This document shows, piece by piece, positions 13,036 to 22,552 of a DNA stretch of 37,551 nucleotides; the first letter of the stretch is position 1, and each line of letters begins with the position of its first letter. A program made the translations under genes and the position numbers. This DNA comes from a virus, in the IMG/VR virus record IMGVR_UViG_3300006143_000048, positions 1 to 37,551 of that record. One strand, 5' to 3'. Under the pieces are notes generated by a model. The model did no database searches. It saw only the letters and a program-made list of their open reading frames with translations, and had not been told where the DNA came from.

Positions 13036-13043
13036 CGTAATAG

Positions 13044-13277
13044 CTATCTTTCTTCAAATAAATCTTTAACGTTAACATTCAAAACTTTTGCAATTTTACA
13101 TAAAACAGACACGGTAGGATTGCACTTTTTATTATTTTCAAGAGTACGCAAATAAGCACGAGAAATACCAGTTTCTTGTGATAATTTATATAAACTTATA
13201 CTTTTATTTTCTCTTATTTTTTTAATCTTAAAAACTATCATAAAAATATTATGACCAATTTTGCAATCATTATGCAA
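13044..13277 (-). CDS. XRE-family HTH regulator
   Basis: 'IKKIRENKSISLYKLSQETGISRAYLRTLENNKKCNPTVSVLCKIAKVLNVNVKDLF'. Confidence 0.8.
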   Translation of the reverse strand: MHNDCKIGHNIFMIVFKIKKIRENKSISLYKLSQETGISRAYLRTLENNKKCNPTVSVLCKIAKVLNVNVKDLFEER

Positions 13278-13372
13278 TATGGAACTGGGAGTTCCATATT
13301 GAAAATGTAAAATATTGGCTGTATAATATAGAAAATATTACCAAAAAAGAAGAAAAGAAAGGAACAAAAGAT

Positions 13373-13516
13373 ATGGAAGAAAATGAAATAGTAAAAGAAT
13401 TAAGTAAGAAATATGGAGAGAGAAAAGAATTTATAAAATTTTTAATAAAAATATGTAAAGACTTACAAATTAAAAACTTTAAAGAGAAATTAGATAGATA
13501 TATAAGAAAACTATAA
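13373..13516 (+). CDS. Hypothetical 47-aa protein
   Basis: MEENEIVKELSKKYGERKEFIKFLIKICKDLQIKNFKEKLDRYIRKL. Confidence 0.35.
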   Translation: MEENEIVKELSKKYGERKEFIKFLIKICKDLQIKNFKEKLDRYIRKL

Positions 13517-13534
13517 TAATTTCATTTTGCATTT

Positions 13535-13782
13535 AATGCAATTTTTAATGCAACGCCAAAGAAAAGTTATAAAAAACGAAATAAAAGTATAAAAAATAAT
13601 TAAATCTATATATCTTTGAAAGTGCCTAAAATAGTGAATTACAAAAAAATATAAAAAAAGAAATGAAAAGATAAAAAGTGTAATTTAATTTCTGCCCACC
13701 AATGTAAGAAAACTCTGTAATGGTTATAAAAACTATAATACAGAGTTTTTATTATTTGAAAATAATGCAATTTTAATGCAAC
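13535..13782. promoter_or_regulatory. Candidate attP region with repeated integrase arm-type sites and a hairpin
   Basis: aatgcaattttt-aatgcaac at 13535-13554 and 13764-13782; hairpin aaaactctgta/tacagagtttt 13709-13749; adjacent to integrase 3' end. Confidence 0.45.
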
Positions 13783-14975
13783 TAGATATTTTGAATATAA
13801 TTAATGTAATTATTTAATGCATCAGTTTTAAAATTATTAAATATAGATGTATAAGTATTTATTGTGGTTTGGATATCTTTATGACCTAATAAATTTTGAA
13901 GGACAGGAGCAGGTACACCAGCTTCAATACATCTTGTTGCATATGTATGTCTTAACATATGTGTGTTAACATTACTAGTTTTTAAGTTTACATACTTATC
14001 TTTTCCATCTTTATCAATTCCTTTTTTCTTTTTTACAACTGTTGTTTTTATATTAGCGTTTTTGCATATTTTTTTGAATTGAGTATTAATTGTAGATGGA
14101 GCTATTATATTCCCATTTAAATGACAAAATAGAAGATTATTTTTATTGGCTGTATAATTTCCAATACTATCTTTTAAAATTGGTTCTAAAATACTTGTTA
14201 TGGGAATTTTGCGTGTTGACTCATAAGTCTTAGTAGTATCTCCAATAATAACTTTTCCAGTTTTTGTCTTAGTTAGAGTTTTGTGTATATTAATAAGTTT
14301 ATTGTTAAAATCAATATCACTTGGTTTCAATGCCAATATTTCTCCAATTCTCATTCCAGTATGCAAAGCAACAAGAAAAATATTTTTATATTGTTCATTT
14401 TCTAAATGATTAACTAAAGATTTTTGCTCTTCAATAGTAAAAGAAATAATCTCTTTATCTATTTTGGTCGATTTGGGTTTTATTACATTTAAAAGAGGAT
14501 TTTTTAGTATAATATCTTTTTTTATAGCTTCTTTAAATATGCTTCCTAGCATTTCATAAATTTTGTCTATATAAGAATTTGCATAATTTTTTTTAGAGTT
14601 TATAAATTCTTGTAATTCATATACAGTTATATCTTGAATATTAACATCAGCTATACTGCTATTTTTAATATGTTCAAAAGTACCCAAAGCTCTACCATAA
14701 GTAGATTCTTTAATGATATTAGCATTATATTTATTATCTATTATTTGTTGACCTAATTCCGAAATAGTAACATTATTCTTTTCTATAAAACTCTTATTTT
14801 GAACATCTGATAATGCTTTTGTCATTTTTTCTTTAACTTCTTTTCTAGTACTACCATACACAGATTTACGATTTATTTTTCCATCATTTTTTCTGCCAGC
14901 AGTAAACTGGCCAACCCATTTATTTAATTTTTCACTATAATATATAGTTCCTTCGCCATTTCCACGCTTAGCCAT
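13782..14975 (-). CDS. int: Tyrosine site-specific recombinase (phage integrase)
   Basis: AP2-like N-terminus 'GNGEGTIYYSEKLNKWVGQFTAGR', catalytic 'HTGMRIGEILALKPSDID', 'HMLRHTYATRCIEAGVPAPVLQNLLGHKDIQTTINTY'. Confidence 0.95.
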   Translation of the reverse strand: MAKRGNGEGTIYYSEKLNKWVGQFTAGRKNDGKINRKSVYGSTRKEVKEKMTKALSDVQNKSFIEKNNVTISELGQQIIDNKYNANIIKESTYGRALGTFEHIKNSSIADVNIQDITVYELQEFINSKKNYANSYIDKIYEMLGSIFKEAIKKDIILKNPLLNVIKPKSTKIDKEIISFTIEEQKSLVNHLENEQYKNIFLVALHTGMRIGEILALKPSDIDFNNKLINIHKTLTKTKTGKVIIGDTTKTYESTRKIPITSILEPILKDSIGNYTANKNNLLFCHLNGNIIAPSTINTQFKKICKNANIKTTVVKKKKGIDKDGKDKYVNLKTSNVNTHMLRHTYATRCIEAGVPAPVLQNLLGHKDIQTTINTYTSIFNNFKTDALNNYINYIQNI

Positions 14976-15005
14976 CGCATATTCCTTTCATAAAAAATCA
15001 AATAC

Positions 15006-15429
15006 TTAAAAAGTATTTGTCTTTAGTAAACAATTTTGTAAATAATAATTATAAGCTTTTTCAATTAGTGTTGGTTCAACGTCTAATATATCAGCTATAT
15101 CATAAATATTATCAATACCTTTTCTATATAGTTCTTTTAAAGTTTGAAGCGGAACTAACATTTTGAAAGCATATTTAGTTGCTCTAAACTCTTTTTTACT
15201 TATAGTCTCTAATGAATAACTGCTATTATATAATGAACCGAGTATAATAGTGACCAAGCTCCTCTGCTAATATTGTTTTTTCTTCACGAGAAGTATGTAT
15301 TTTTGAATAATTAATTCCAATACAATAATTATCATTAATACAACCTATAATAGCTTTATTTTTCATCTTAAAATCAAATACATTAATATTTTCTTTTTCT
15401 GCTATATTATATAATTTATTTAATTCCAT
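15006..15429 (-). CDS. ImmA/IrrE-family metallopeptidase, +1 shift at minus-strand CGG (15240-15238)
   Basis: ...TSREEKTILAEELGHYYT / GSLYNSSYSLETISKKEFRATKYAFKMLVPLQTLKELYRKGI...; motif 'ELGHYYTGSLY' restored by skipping one C. Confidence 0.85.
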
Positions 15430-15456
15430 TTTATTGCTCCATATATTATAGAATAA

Positions 15457-15864
15457 TTAATAATACTCTATTTTCAAAGGAAAACGAATAGTTACTAAAT
15501 TTTTAACACTATCAGAACATTTTATAGTTATACCGCTGATATCAAAGAACTTATTGTAGATTAATTCTGAAACGCTTGAAATATCTTTATCTAAAATATC
15601 ACTAAATTTAAAAGAATATTCTGCATAATACTTTTTTATTTTCATATCATTTAAAACAACCTTAAATCCATTAGTACGATATAATTCTAATATCATATCT
15701 GATACTTTTTTATAATAAGCATTGTCATTAATAATTTTTCTATTACCTATCAAAGCATAGTTTGGATTGCTGAAAGGTACAGATTTTAATTTTTGTTCTA
15801 ATCCACAATAACAGCAAAATTTGCTATTATCATTAATATTTTTGCCACAATAGATACAGTACAT
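15457..15864 (-). CDS. Zinc-ribbon protein associated with immunity region
   Basis: MYCIYCGKNINDNSKFCCYCGLEQK..., two CxxC knuckles. Confidence 0.6.
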   Translation of the reverse strand: MYCIYCGKNINDNSKFCCYCGLEQKLKSVPFSNPNYALIGNRKIINDNAYYKKVSDMILELYRTNGFKVVLNDMKIKKYYAEYSFKFSDILDKDISSVSELIYNKFFDISGITIKCSDSVKNLVTIRFPLKIEYY

Positions 15865-15875
15865 AATAAAGTTTT

Positions 15876-16202
15876 CTACTTATTTCCTTTCATTTTATTT
15901 TTCATTTCTTTATAAAATCTTAATGCGTCTGCAATCTCATCATCTGTTAAACCTTCCATTTCTTTATGATAAGCAAATTTAAATTCTTCTTCATCTTTAT
16001 CATAGTTGCGTATATCAGTTTTACCAAGAAGGTAGTCTGTGCTTACTCCAAAAAAATCAGCTATATTTTTTATTACTTCCAAGCTAGGTTCTCTTTCACC
16101 TTTTTCATAAAGACTGATGGCTTGCTGTGTTAGATTAAGTTTTTCAGCCAATTGAAGTTGACTAAGTTGTTTCTCTTCTCTTAACTCTTTGATTTTTAAC
16201 AT
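15876..16202 (-). CDS. CI-like XRE repressor
   Basis: 'LKIKELREEKQLSQLQLAEKLNLTQQAISLYEKGEREPSLEVIKNIADFFGVSTDYLLGKTD'. Confidence 0.9.
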   Translation of the reverse strand: MLKIKELREEKQLSQLQLAEKLNLTQQAISLYEKGEREPSLEVIKNIADFFGVSTDYLLGKTDIRNYDKDEEEFKFAYHKEMEGLTDDEIADALRFYKEMKNKMKGNK

Positions 16203-16229
16203 AATTCACCTCTATTAATAAATTATAAC

Positions 16230-16424
16230 ACAACAAATTGTAGTAGTAAACATAAAACAACAACAAGTTGTTTTAAAGTGAAATAATAGCAAAATTTTAA
16301 TAGTATGAGAATATAGTAAAATCAATACTTACAACAAAAAGTTAAAAAATAAAATTTTAAATTATTAAAAAGTTGTTGACAACAACTAATAGTTGTGATA
16401 ATATAAAAAACAACAACAAGTTGT
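16230..16424. promoter_or_regulatory. Divergent operator region with ACAACAAGTTGT-type palindromes and early promoter
   Basis: acaacaaattgt 16230, acaacaagttgt 16260 and 16413, gttgttgacaacaac 16372, acaactaatagttgt 16382; TTGACA at 16376-16381. Confidence 0.75.
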
Positions 16425-16436
16425 GGAGGTGAGAAA

Positions 16437-16646
16437 ATGGTAAGAAATAAAATGATTGAAATACGAGGAAATAGAAGTCAAAAAGAAATGGCTGATTTAT
16501 TAGGAATAACGCAACAACACTATTCCTTTATAGAAAATGGTCAAAGAGGAATACAACCTAAGTATTTTAAAATATTTGAAACTGTATTCAATGAAAAAAT
16601 TGAAAAATTAGCACCCGATATTTTTTTAAACAATAAAACAACTTAA
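16437..16646 (+). CDS. Cro-like XRE regulator
   Basis: 'MVRNKMIEIRGNRSQKEMADLLGITQQHYSFIENGQRGIQPKYFKIFETVFNEKIEKL'. Confidence 0.8.
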   Translation: MVRNKMIEIRGNRSQKEMADLLGITQQHYSFIENGQRGIQPKYFKIFETVFNEKIEKLAPDIFLNNKTT

Positions 16647-16689
16647 AGTTGTATAACAACAAAACAATCCAACCAAGAAAGGAGAAAGT

Positions 16690-16905
16690 ATGGAAAATAT
16701 CCCAAAAGAAACATTAGAGAAAATTAAAAAAATAAATAACAACGACAAGGAACTATTTAAAGTAAATAATATTTTGGAATTATACAAAATCAATGAAAAG
16801 CTATTAAAGATTATTAACAAAGAATTAGAAAAAGAAATAGTACCAAGTAGAGAAGTGCTTGATACTATCCAGATGTTATTGATAATTAGTGTAGCTTTAT
16901 CTTAA
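16690..16905 (+). CDS. Hypothetical early protein
   Basis: 71 aa ORF with RBS agaaaggagaaag. Confidence 0.45.
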   Translation: MENIPKETLEKIKKINNNDKELFKVNNILELYKINEKLLKIINKELEKEIVPSREVLDTIQMLLIISVALS

Positions 16906-16910
16906 GAAAA

Positions 16911-17258
16911 TTAGGGCTTTATTTTATCAATAAAATCAGCAATTTCTTTTATGGTATTCAATTTATGGTTTTGCATATAAATGATACCTTCCTCAGTAAT
17001 ATAAACATAATTTGCAATATCATCACCAGGTTGACAATCTAAAAATCCTTTAGAATGTAATTCCCAGCAAGAAGTTGCAACATCATCTTTAGACCAAGTA
17101 GGAAATAAAGTTTCTTGTAGCTCATCAGAAGACCCAAATTGACGAGCTTTAGATTTAGAAGAACCATTTTTTACTTGTTCAAGATAATTTTTGTACAAAG
17201 TACAAATAAGTAAATCATTATCCTTAGATAATTTGATATCAGACATAATAATCACCAC
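16911..17258 (-). CDS. Hypothetical winged-helix-like protein (YjcQ-like)
   Basis: 115 aa 'DNDLLICTLYKNYLEQ...CWELHSKGFLDCQPGDDIANYVYITEEGIIYMQ'; only minus-strand gene inside the early region. Confidence 0.45.
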   Translation of the reverse strand: MVIIMSDIKLSKDNDLLICTLYKNYLEQVKNGSSKSKARQFGSSDELQETLFPTWSKDDVATSCWELHSKGFLDCQPGDDIANYVYITEEGIIYMQNHKLNTIKEIADFIDKIKP

Positions 17259-17335
17259 CCTTCATTAAATATTTAGGTGATTATAGCATAAAAAGTCGAA
17301 GAATAATGCAATTAAAAATGAAAGGAGGCGATAAA

Positions 17336-17587
17336 ATGAAAATTAAAAAATCTACTATAACATTCGCAGATTTACCAGACACAATAACACCATATGATTA
17401 TGCAGAATGGCGAGGAATAGGAGAAAACAAAGCAAGGGAAATATTTAATAGCAAAGGATTTCCTAGAATTAAAGGAACAGGAGTTAAGCAAGTAGCAGAT
17501 AAAAGAGCAGTATATCTATTTGAATTAGGATTATCAGAAGAAGATAAAAAAGAAGTTCTTAAAGAAATGGCAAAAGCAATCATTTAA
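17336..17587 (+). CDS. Excisionase/HTH_17-like small DNA-binding protein
   Basis: 'MKIKKSTITFADLPDTITPYDYAEWRGIGENKAREIFNSKGFPRIKGTGVKQVADKRAV'. Confidence 0.6.
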   Translation: MKIKKSTITFADLPDTITPYDYAEWRGIGENKAREIFNSKGFPRIKGTGVKQVADKRAVYLFELGLSEEDKKEVLKEMAKAII

Positions 17588-17832
17588 ATGAAAGGAAGTG
17601 AAAAACAAATGATAGACAACATATATAACTTATTTACAACAGAAGATTTAGTATTATTAATGTTTATATTTATCAACTTAGGACTATTTATAGATTATAT
17701 AGATAGAAAAATATCAAGAAGAAAGGAAAGGAGGAAACATGGACAAGTTAGATGAAATTTATTTTTGGCACATAACAACATTAGCAAGACTTAAATTAAG
17801 ACTAAAAGAAATGAAAAGGAGGAAATAAGAAG

Positions 17833-18084
17833 ATGACAATATTATCAATATTATTAAGTATTATTTTAGTAGTAGCAATAATTTGCATTGCGTTAGTTTG
17901 TTTTAAAGAAGACAAAACATATAGCTTATTAGAAGAACTAAAAAATGCAGAATTTAGAGCAGTAACACATTTTAGAAAATTGCATGAAATTGAAATGCTA
18001 CTAAGAGTAGCAGAAAGAGAAAAGACACCAGCAGTTATAGTGTTAGACAAAATAAAAGAAGTTATCGTCGGTCAAAACAAATAA
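17833..18084 (+). CDS. Hypothetical membrane-anchored protein
   Basis: N-terminal TM, RBS ggaggaaataag. Confidence 0.45.
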   Translation: MTILSILLSIILVVAIICIALVCFKEDKTYSLLEELKNAEFRAVTHFRKLHEIEMLLRVAEREKTPAVIVLDKIKEVIVGQNK

Positions 18085-18155
18085 CTTCATAACAGTTTTA
18101 GTAAACAAACTATATTTATTTTACAACAAAAATATTAAAAAGTAAAGGAAAAATT

Positions 18156-18380
18156 ATGGATATAGATGAGAAATTAGAAAGATGTGACGAACTAGATGAT
18201 GTTATTGACACATTAGACGGTCTATATAACAGAATAAGTTCAGACGACATTAAAAGCGATATTTTAGATATTGTAGCTAAATATGAAGAAGAACATCAAA
18301 ATCTAGAAAACGAGTTACAAGAAGAAGCAGAAGAAGAAAAAAGATATTTGAATAGGGAATATATGCGAAATGCATTATAG
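18156..18380 (+). CDS. Hypothetical acidic coiled-coil protein
   Basis: 74 aa ORF, RBS aaagga. Confidence 0.45.
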   Translation: MDIDEKLERCDELDDVIDTLDGLYNRISSDDIKSDILDIVAKYEEEHQNLENELQEEAEEEKRYLNREYMRNAL

Positions 18381-18393
18381 GAGGGATAAAAAT

Positions 18394-18903
18394 ATGAGTG
18401 AAAAAAGTTTGAGTTTATATAATGAGCCAAATCAGTTCATAGAACTTATGGATAAAGTAGAAGATAAAACAATAGAACCAGAAGAAGATGATAAACTATG
18501 GAATGAATTAAGATTAGAACTACAAAAAAAGAGTACAAGTGTAATAGGATATGTAAAAGATAGAATAGCACTAATAGATGCAATAGATATAGAAATAAAG
18601 AAGTTACAAGAATATAAAAAGAGAGAACAAAACAAAGTAGATAGGTTTAAAGAAATAGTAAAGCAAAATATGAATGTATTAAAAATTAAAAAGATAGAAA
18701 CACCACTTGGAACTTTAACAGTTGCACAAAGTCCAATATCAGTAGAAATAACAAATGAAGATAAAATACCAGATGGGTTTAAAGAAAAAGTAATAACAAC
18801 TAATGTAGATAAAAAAGCAATAGTCGATTATTTTAAAACAACAGGAGAAATAGTAGATGGGGTCATGATATACACAAAGAATACAAATTTGAGAATCAAA
18901 TAA
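18394..18903 (+). CDS. Siphovirus Gp157-like protein
   Basis: 'ELMDKVEDKTIEPEEDDKLWNELRLELQKKSTSVIGYVKDRIALIDAIDIEIKKLQEYKKREQNKVDRFKE...ETPLGTLTVAQSP'. Confidence 0.75.
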   Translation: MSEKSLSLYNEPNQFIELMDKVEDKTIEPEEDDKLWNELRLELQKKSTSVIGYVKDRIALIDAIDIEIKKLQEYKKREQNKVDRFKEIVKQNMNVLKIKKIETPLGTLTVAQSPISVEITNEDKIPDGFKEKVITTNVDKKAIVDYFKTTGEIVDGVMIYTKNTNLRIK

Positions 18904-19440
18904 TTGGAGGCAAATATGGAAAATAAATTTAGAGATTTAAAATCAGATGAAATAGATTGTAGAATAGCAATATTTAATGAAAACTTTGTATCAATCCTTC
19001 TATACAAAGATGCAAGAGTAGACCAAAATATTTTAGATGAAACAGTAAAACCAGAAAATTGGCAAAGAGATCATAAAGAGCTTAAAAATAATATATATTG
19101 TGGAATTTCTATTTGGGATAAAGAAAAAAATCAATGGATTACGAAATGGGATTGTGGAAGGGAAAGTTTTACAGAAGCAGAAAAAGGAGAAGCATCAGAC
19201 AGTTTTAAAAGAGCGGGGTTTAATTGGGGAATAGGCAGAGAATTATATACAGCACCAACAATTTACATACCATATAAGGATAAAGAAGGAAAAGAAAACT
19301 ATGAAATCAAAACTAAAAACAATAAAAAAACTACATATACAAAATTTTATGTTGAAGCAATACAGATAACAGATAAAGTAATAACAGCATTAGCAATAAA
19401 GAATGATAAGAATAAAAGAGTATTTTTATATAAGAAATAG
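18904..19440 (+). CDS. Rad52/Rad22-like single-strand annealing protein
   Basis: 'DCGRESFTEAEKGEASDSFKRAGFNWGIGRELYTAPTIYI' signature. Confidence 0.8.
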   Translation: MEANMENKFRDLKSDEIDCRIAIFNENFVSILLYKDARVDQNILDETVKPENWQRDHKELKNNIYCGISIWDKEKNQWITKWDCGRESFTEAEKGEASDSFKRAGFNWGIGRELYTAPTIYIPYKDKEGKENYEIKTKNNKKTTYTKFYVEAIQITDKVITALAIKNDKNKRVFLYKK

Positions 19441-19448
19441 GAGAAAAA

Positions 19449-19781
19449 ATGGATTTGTTTCAAGAAATAACAAGGTTAACAAATGAACTTGATATAGCTG
19501 TAAAACAATTAAGGCGAAGTGGTACAGAAAGAGCAGAGGCAGAAAGAAAATATAAAGTTTGTTTAAGACAAGAGGCACTTAAATTGAGAGCAGAAAAAAA
19601 TATGCCAGTTACTTTAATAAATCAGATAATATATGGAGTAAAAGAAGTTGCAGATTTACGATTTGATAGAGATGTAAAGGAAGCAGTATATCAAGCAAAT
19701 TTAGAAAGTATAAATAGTACAAAATTAAAATTAAGAATATTAGAAAATCAACTAAATAGAGAATGGGGACAAGTGAAATAA
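19449..19781 (+). CDS. Hypothetical phage recombination-module protein
   Basis: 110 aa ORF directly after Rad52-like gene. Confidence 0.5.
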   Translation: MDLFQEITRLTNELDIAVKQLRRSGTERAEAERKYKVCLRQEALKLRAEKNMPVTLINQIIYGVKEVADLRFDRDVKEAVYQANLESINSTKLKLRILENQLNREWGQVK

Positions 19782-19845
19782 AGTAAGTGGGGTTAAATAG
19801 AACGCTCTCACGTTAGCCCCACGATTATTCCTAAAAGGAGCAGAA

Positions 19846-20130
19846 ATGAAAAGTATAATGCAAGATAGTAAAGAATGTTATATATGTGGTTTTAATGGAT
19901 ATACAGAAGAACATCATGTATTTTTTGGTACATACAATAGAAAAATATCAGAGGCAAATGGATTCAAAGTATATCTATGTGTAAATCATCATAGAGGCAC
20001 GATTGGAGTACATGGAAAATTAGGACATAAATTAGATGAAAGATTGAAGCAAGAATGTGAAAGGAAATATTTAAATAAAGGTCATACAAAAGAAGAATTT
20101 ATAAAATTGATAGGAAAAAATTATATTTAG
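19846..20130 (+). CDS. HNH-like zinc-binding phage protein
   Basis: 'CYICGFNGYTEEHHVFFGTYNRKISEANGFKVYLCVNHHRG'. Confidence 0.6.
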   Translation: MKSIMQDSKECYICGFNGYTEEHHVFFGTYNRKISEANGFKVYLCVNHHRGTIGVHGKLGHKLDERLKQECERKYLNKGHTKEEFIKLIGKNYI

Positions 20131-20143
20131 GAGATAAAAAGAT

Positions 20144-20795
20144 GTGGATAGAGATAGTTTTATATTTTATAGAAGTTTTTACGAAGCTATAAAAGAATTA
20201 TCAGAAGAAGAACAATTAAAAGTATATAGGGCTATTACAGAATATGCTTTAAATCATAATGAAATAGAAATAATAGGAACAGCCAAAGCAATATTTACAT
20301 TAATAAAACCACAATTAGATGCAAACTTTCAAAAATATTTAAATGGTAAAAAAGCAAAACGGAAGCAAAAGCGAAGCAAAGAAAAAGCAAAACGGAAGCA
20401 AAATAGAAACTAATGTAAATGAAAATGTTAATGTTAATGAGAATGTAAATGACAATAATAATGCAAGCGACAGTTGTGTTGACGGTTTGCAAGAAATTAT
20501 AGACTTTTACAACAATAATGTTGGAGCAATAACTCCATTTGGTTTAGAAGTCTTTGAAAATTATTTAAAAGAAATGTCTAAAGACTTAATTATTTATGCC
20601 ATGCAAATAAGTGTAGAAGCAAATAAAAGGACAATTCAATACATAAAAGCAATATTAAATAACTGGCAAAAGGCGGGAATCAAGACTCTTATAGAAGCAA
20701 AAAAAGAAAATAAAAAGCCAACTAAAAAAGAAAGTACAAAAAGTTATGAGCAAAGAGAATATAAAGACATGAATAGTTTTTACTCGAATATTTAG
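20144..20795 (+). CDS. Replication initiator/DnaD-like phage protein, +1 shift at CGG 20360
   Basis: 'MDRDSFIFYRSFYEAIKELSEEEQLKVYRAITEYALNHNE...KYLNGKKAK' / 'GSKSEAKKKQNGSKIETNVNENVNVNE...IIDFYNNNVGAITPFGLEVFENYLKEMSKDLIIYAMQISVEANKRTIQYIKAILNNW'. Confidence 0.8.
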
Positions 20796-20809
20796 AAAGG
20801 AGAAAACAA

Positions 20810-21136
20810 ATGAGTCTTATAACAAGCCAAACAAGGCAAATGTCATTTAACGATATACAAGAGAAACAAAAGATAAGATATGAGCAAATACTCAATAGAT
20901 TGGACAAGCCGAAGACAGCTAAAGAAATAGCAGTAGAACTATATGAAATGGGAATAACTAATACAACGGATAGAAATGTAACAGCACCACGTTTAACAGA
21001 ACTCGAAAAGCGAGGAATAGTGAGGGCAGTTACAAAAAAGAAATGTGAGTGGACAGGTAAAAAGGTAGCTGTATATGAAAAAGTAAATAAATTAGATGAT
21101 ATTGTAGAAGAAAACATAAACCATATATCAGTATAA
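20810..21136 (+). CDS. Winged-helix-like hypothetical protein
   Basis: 'ILNRLDKPKTAKEIAVELYEMGITNTTDRNVTAPRLTELEKRGIVRAV'. Confidence 0.5.
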   Translation: MSLITSQTRQMSFNDIQEKQKIRYEQILNRLDKPKTAKEIAVELYEMGITNTTDRNVTAPRLTELEKRGIVRAVTKKKCEWTGKKVAVYEKVNKLDDIVEENINHISV

Positions 21137-21146
21137 AAGAGGAAAT

Positions 21147-21314
21147 ATGAAACAAATTGAAAAAGACCAATTATGCTATTACTGCTTAAGTTGCAATAAG
21201 CTAGAGCTCAAAGAATTTGAAGGAGTAAGAAATTGTAAAAACTTTATACCAGGAATAGCAAATTGGCAAGAAAAAATAAATAAAGAGTTAAGAAAAACGA
21301 AAGAAGGTAAATAA
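21147..21314 (+). CDS. Small Cys-containing protein
   Basis: MKQIEKDQLCYYCLSCNKLELKEFEGVRNCKNFIPGIANWQEKINKELRKTKEGK. Confidence 0.45.
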   Translation: MKQIEKDQLCYYCLSCNKLELKEFEGVRNCKNFIPGIANWQEKINKELRKTKEGK

Positions 21315-21315
21315 A

Positions 21316-21552
21316 ATGGAAAGAGATATAAGAACAAAAATATTAGGATTATATAATCAATTAGACAGTATAGGCTGGGACATATCAGAAGTAAAACAAG
21401 ATTTAGAAGAATTAGAACTAAGCATAAGAAAAAATGAAGGAGGTACAATAAAAGACATTAGTAATCTCATAAGAGAATTAAGAAGAGATGGACTATATAC
21501 AAACAAGATAGAAGAATTTTTAGAAAATTATATGAAATATTACAACAAATAA
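21316..21552 (+). CDS. Hypothetical protein
   Basis: 78 aa ORF. Confidence 0.45.
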   Translation: MERDIRTKILGLYNQLDSIGWDISEVKQDLEELELSIRKNEGGTIKDISNLIRELRRDGLYTNKIEEFLENYMKYYNK

Positions 21553-21878
21553 ATATAAAAACTAAAGAAGGAGAACAAATAAAATGGAAAGAGTAAAAGT
21601 ACCAAGTGAGATAGTAAAGAATAATAGAGTATACATATATCAAGAGCAATACAATGATAATTTATATTTATACAAAGAAGAAAAAATAGGATTTAAGGAA
21701 TGTTTTACAATGCAAGATTTAGTAGCAATAAAAAATCAGATATAGAAAAAGTAAAAGATGAAAGGAAACGAATTATGATATTAATAAAAGAGCTATTAAA
21801 AGTATTTATAATACTAACTGGAGAATTTTTTATAATATGTTTTTTTATAGCAATAATAGAGAATTGGAGAAATAAGAA

Positions 21879-22253
21879 ATGATAATAAAAATTCCACTTC
21901 AATGTAGAAGTAAGAAAAATAGTCAACAAATCTTAACAAATAAGAGAACAGGAAAAATATTCATATCGCAAAGTAAATTATATAAACAATTTGAACGAGA
22001 ATGCGGATATTTCTTAAATAAATATCAAACTAATATAAACTATCCAATAAATTTAAAATGCACGTTCTATGTTAAGGACAAACGAAAGAGGGACATTGTA
22101 AATTTATTAAATGCTATTCAAGACATATTAGTAAAATATAAAGTAATAGCAGATGATAATTATAACATAGTCGCTAGTATAGATGGTTCAAGAATAATTT
22201 ATGAAAAGGGTAAAGAAGAAACAATAATTGAGATTAATAGATTGGAGGAATAA
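21879..22253 (+). CDS. rusA: RusA-like Holliday junction resolvase
   Basis: 'CTFYVKDKRKRDIVNLLNAIQDILVKYKVIADDNYNIVASIDGSRIIYEKGKEETIIEI'. Confidence 0.85.
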   Translation: MIIKIPLQCRSKKNSQQILTNKRTGKIFISQSKLYKQFERECGYFLNKYQTNINYPINLKCTFYVKDKRKRDIVNLLNAIQDILVKYKVIADDNYNIVASIDGSRIIYEKGKEETIIEINRLEE

Positions 22254-22429
22254 CACAAATGAGGTCATTAGAAATATTAGAAGAACATTGTAAAAAACAA
22301 TCCACTTTGAAAGAGTTAAACTAATAAAGAAGTTAGAAAAAGATAAAAATAAATTTAAAGAACAAAATGCAGATGGAAGCTTACAAGATTATTTAGATGA
22401 AATTTTACAAACATTGAAAGGAGAAAATG

Positions 22430-22552
22430 ATGATAGTAAATTTTAATGAAGAAGAAGCAATAATAACTTTTAGTGGATTACAAATAGTAATTCAAAAAGA
22501 GGAAGCTATTGATATTGCTAAAAAAATCTTAGATTATTTTGAGGAGGATTAG
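22430..22552 (+). CDS. Small hypothetical protein
   Basis: MIVNFNEEEAIITFSGLQIVIQKEEAIDIAKKILDYFEED. Confidence 0.35.
   Translation: MIVNFNEEEAIITFSGLQIVIQKEEAIDIAKKILDYFEED

Noticed and set aside
22259-22446. Counting the A6 small ORF as another case of the CGG system
   Set aside because: No CGG present and the apparent shift is -1, so it is kept separate as a weak observation.
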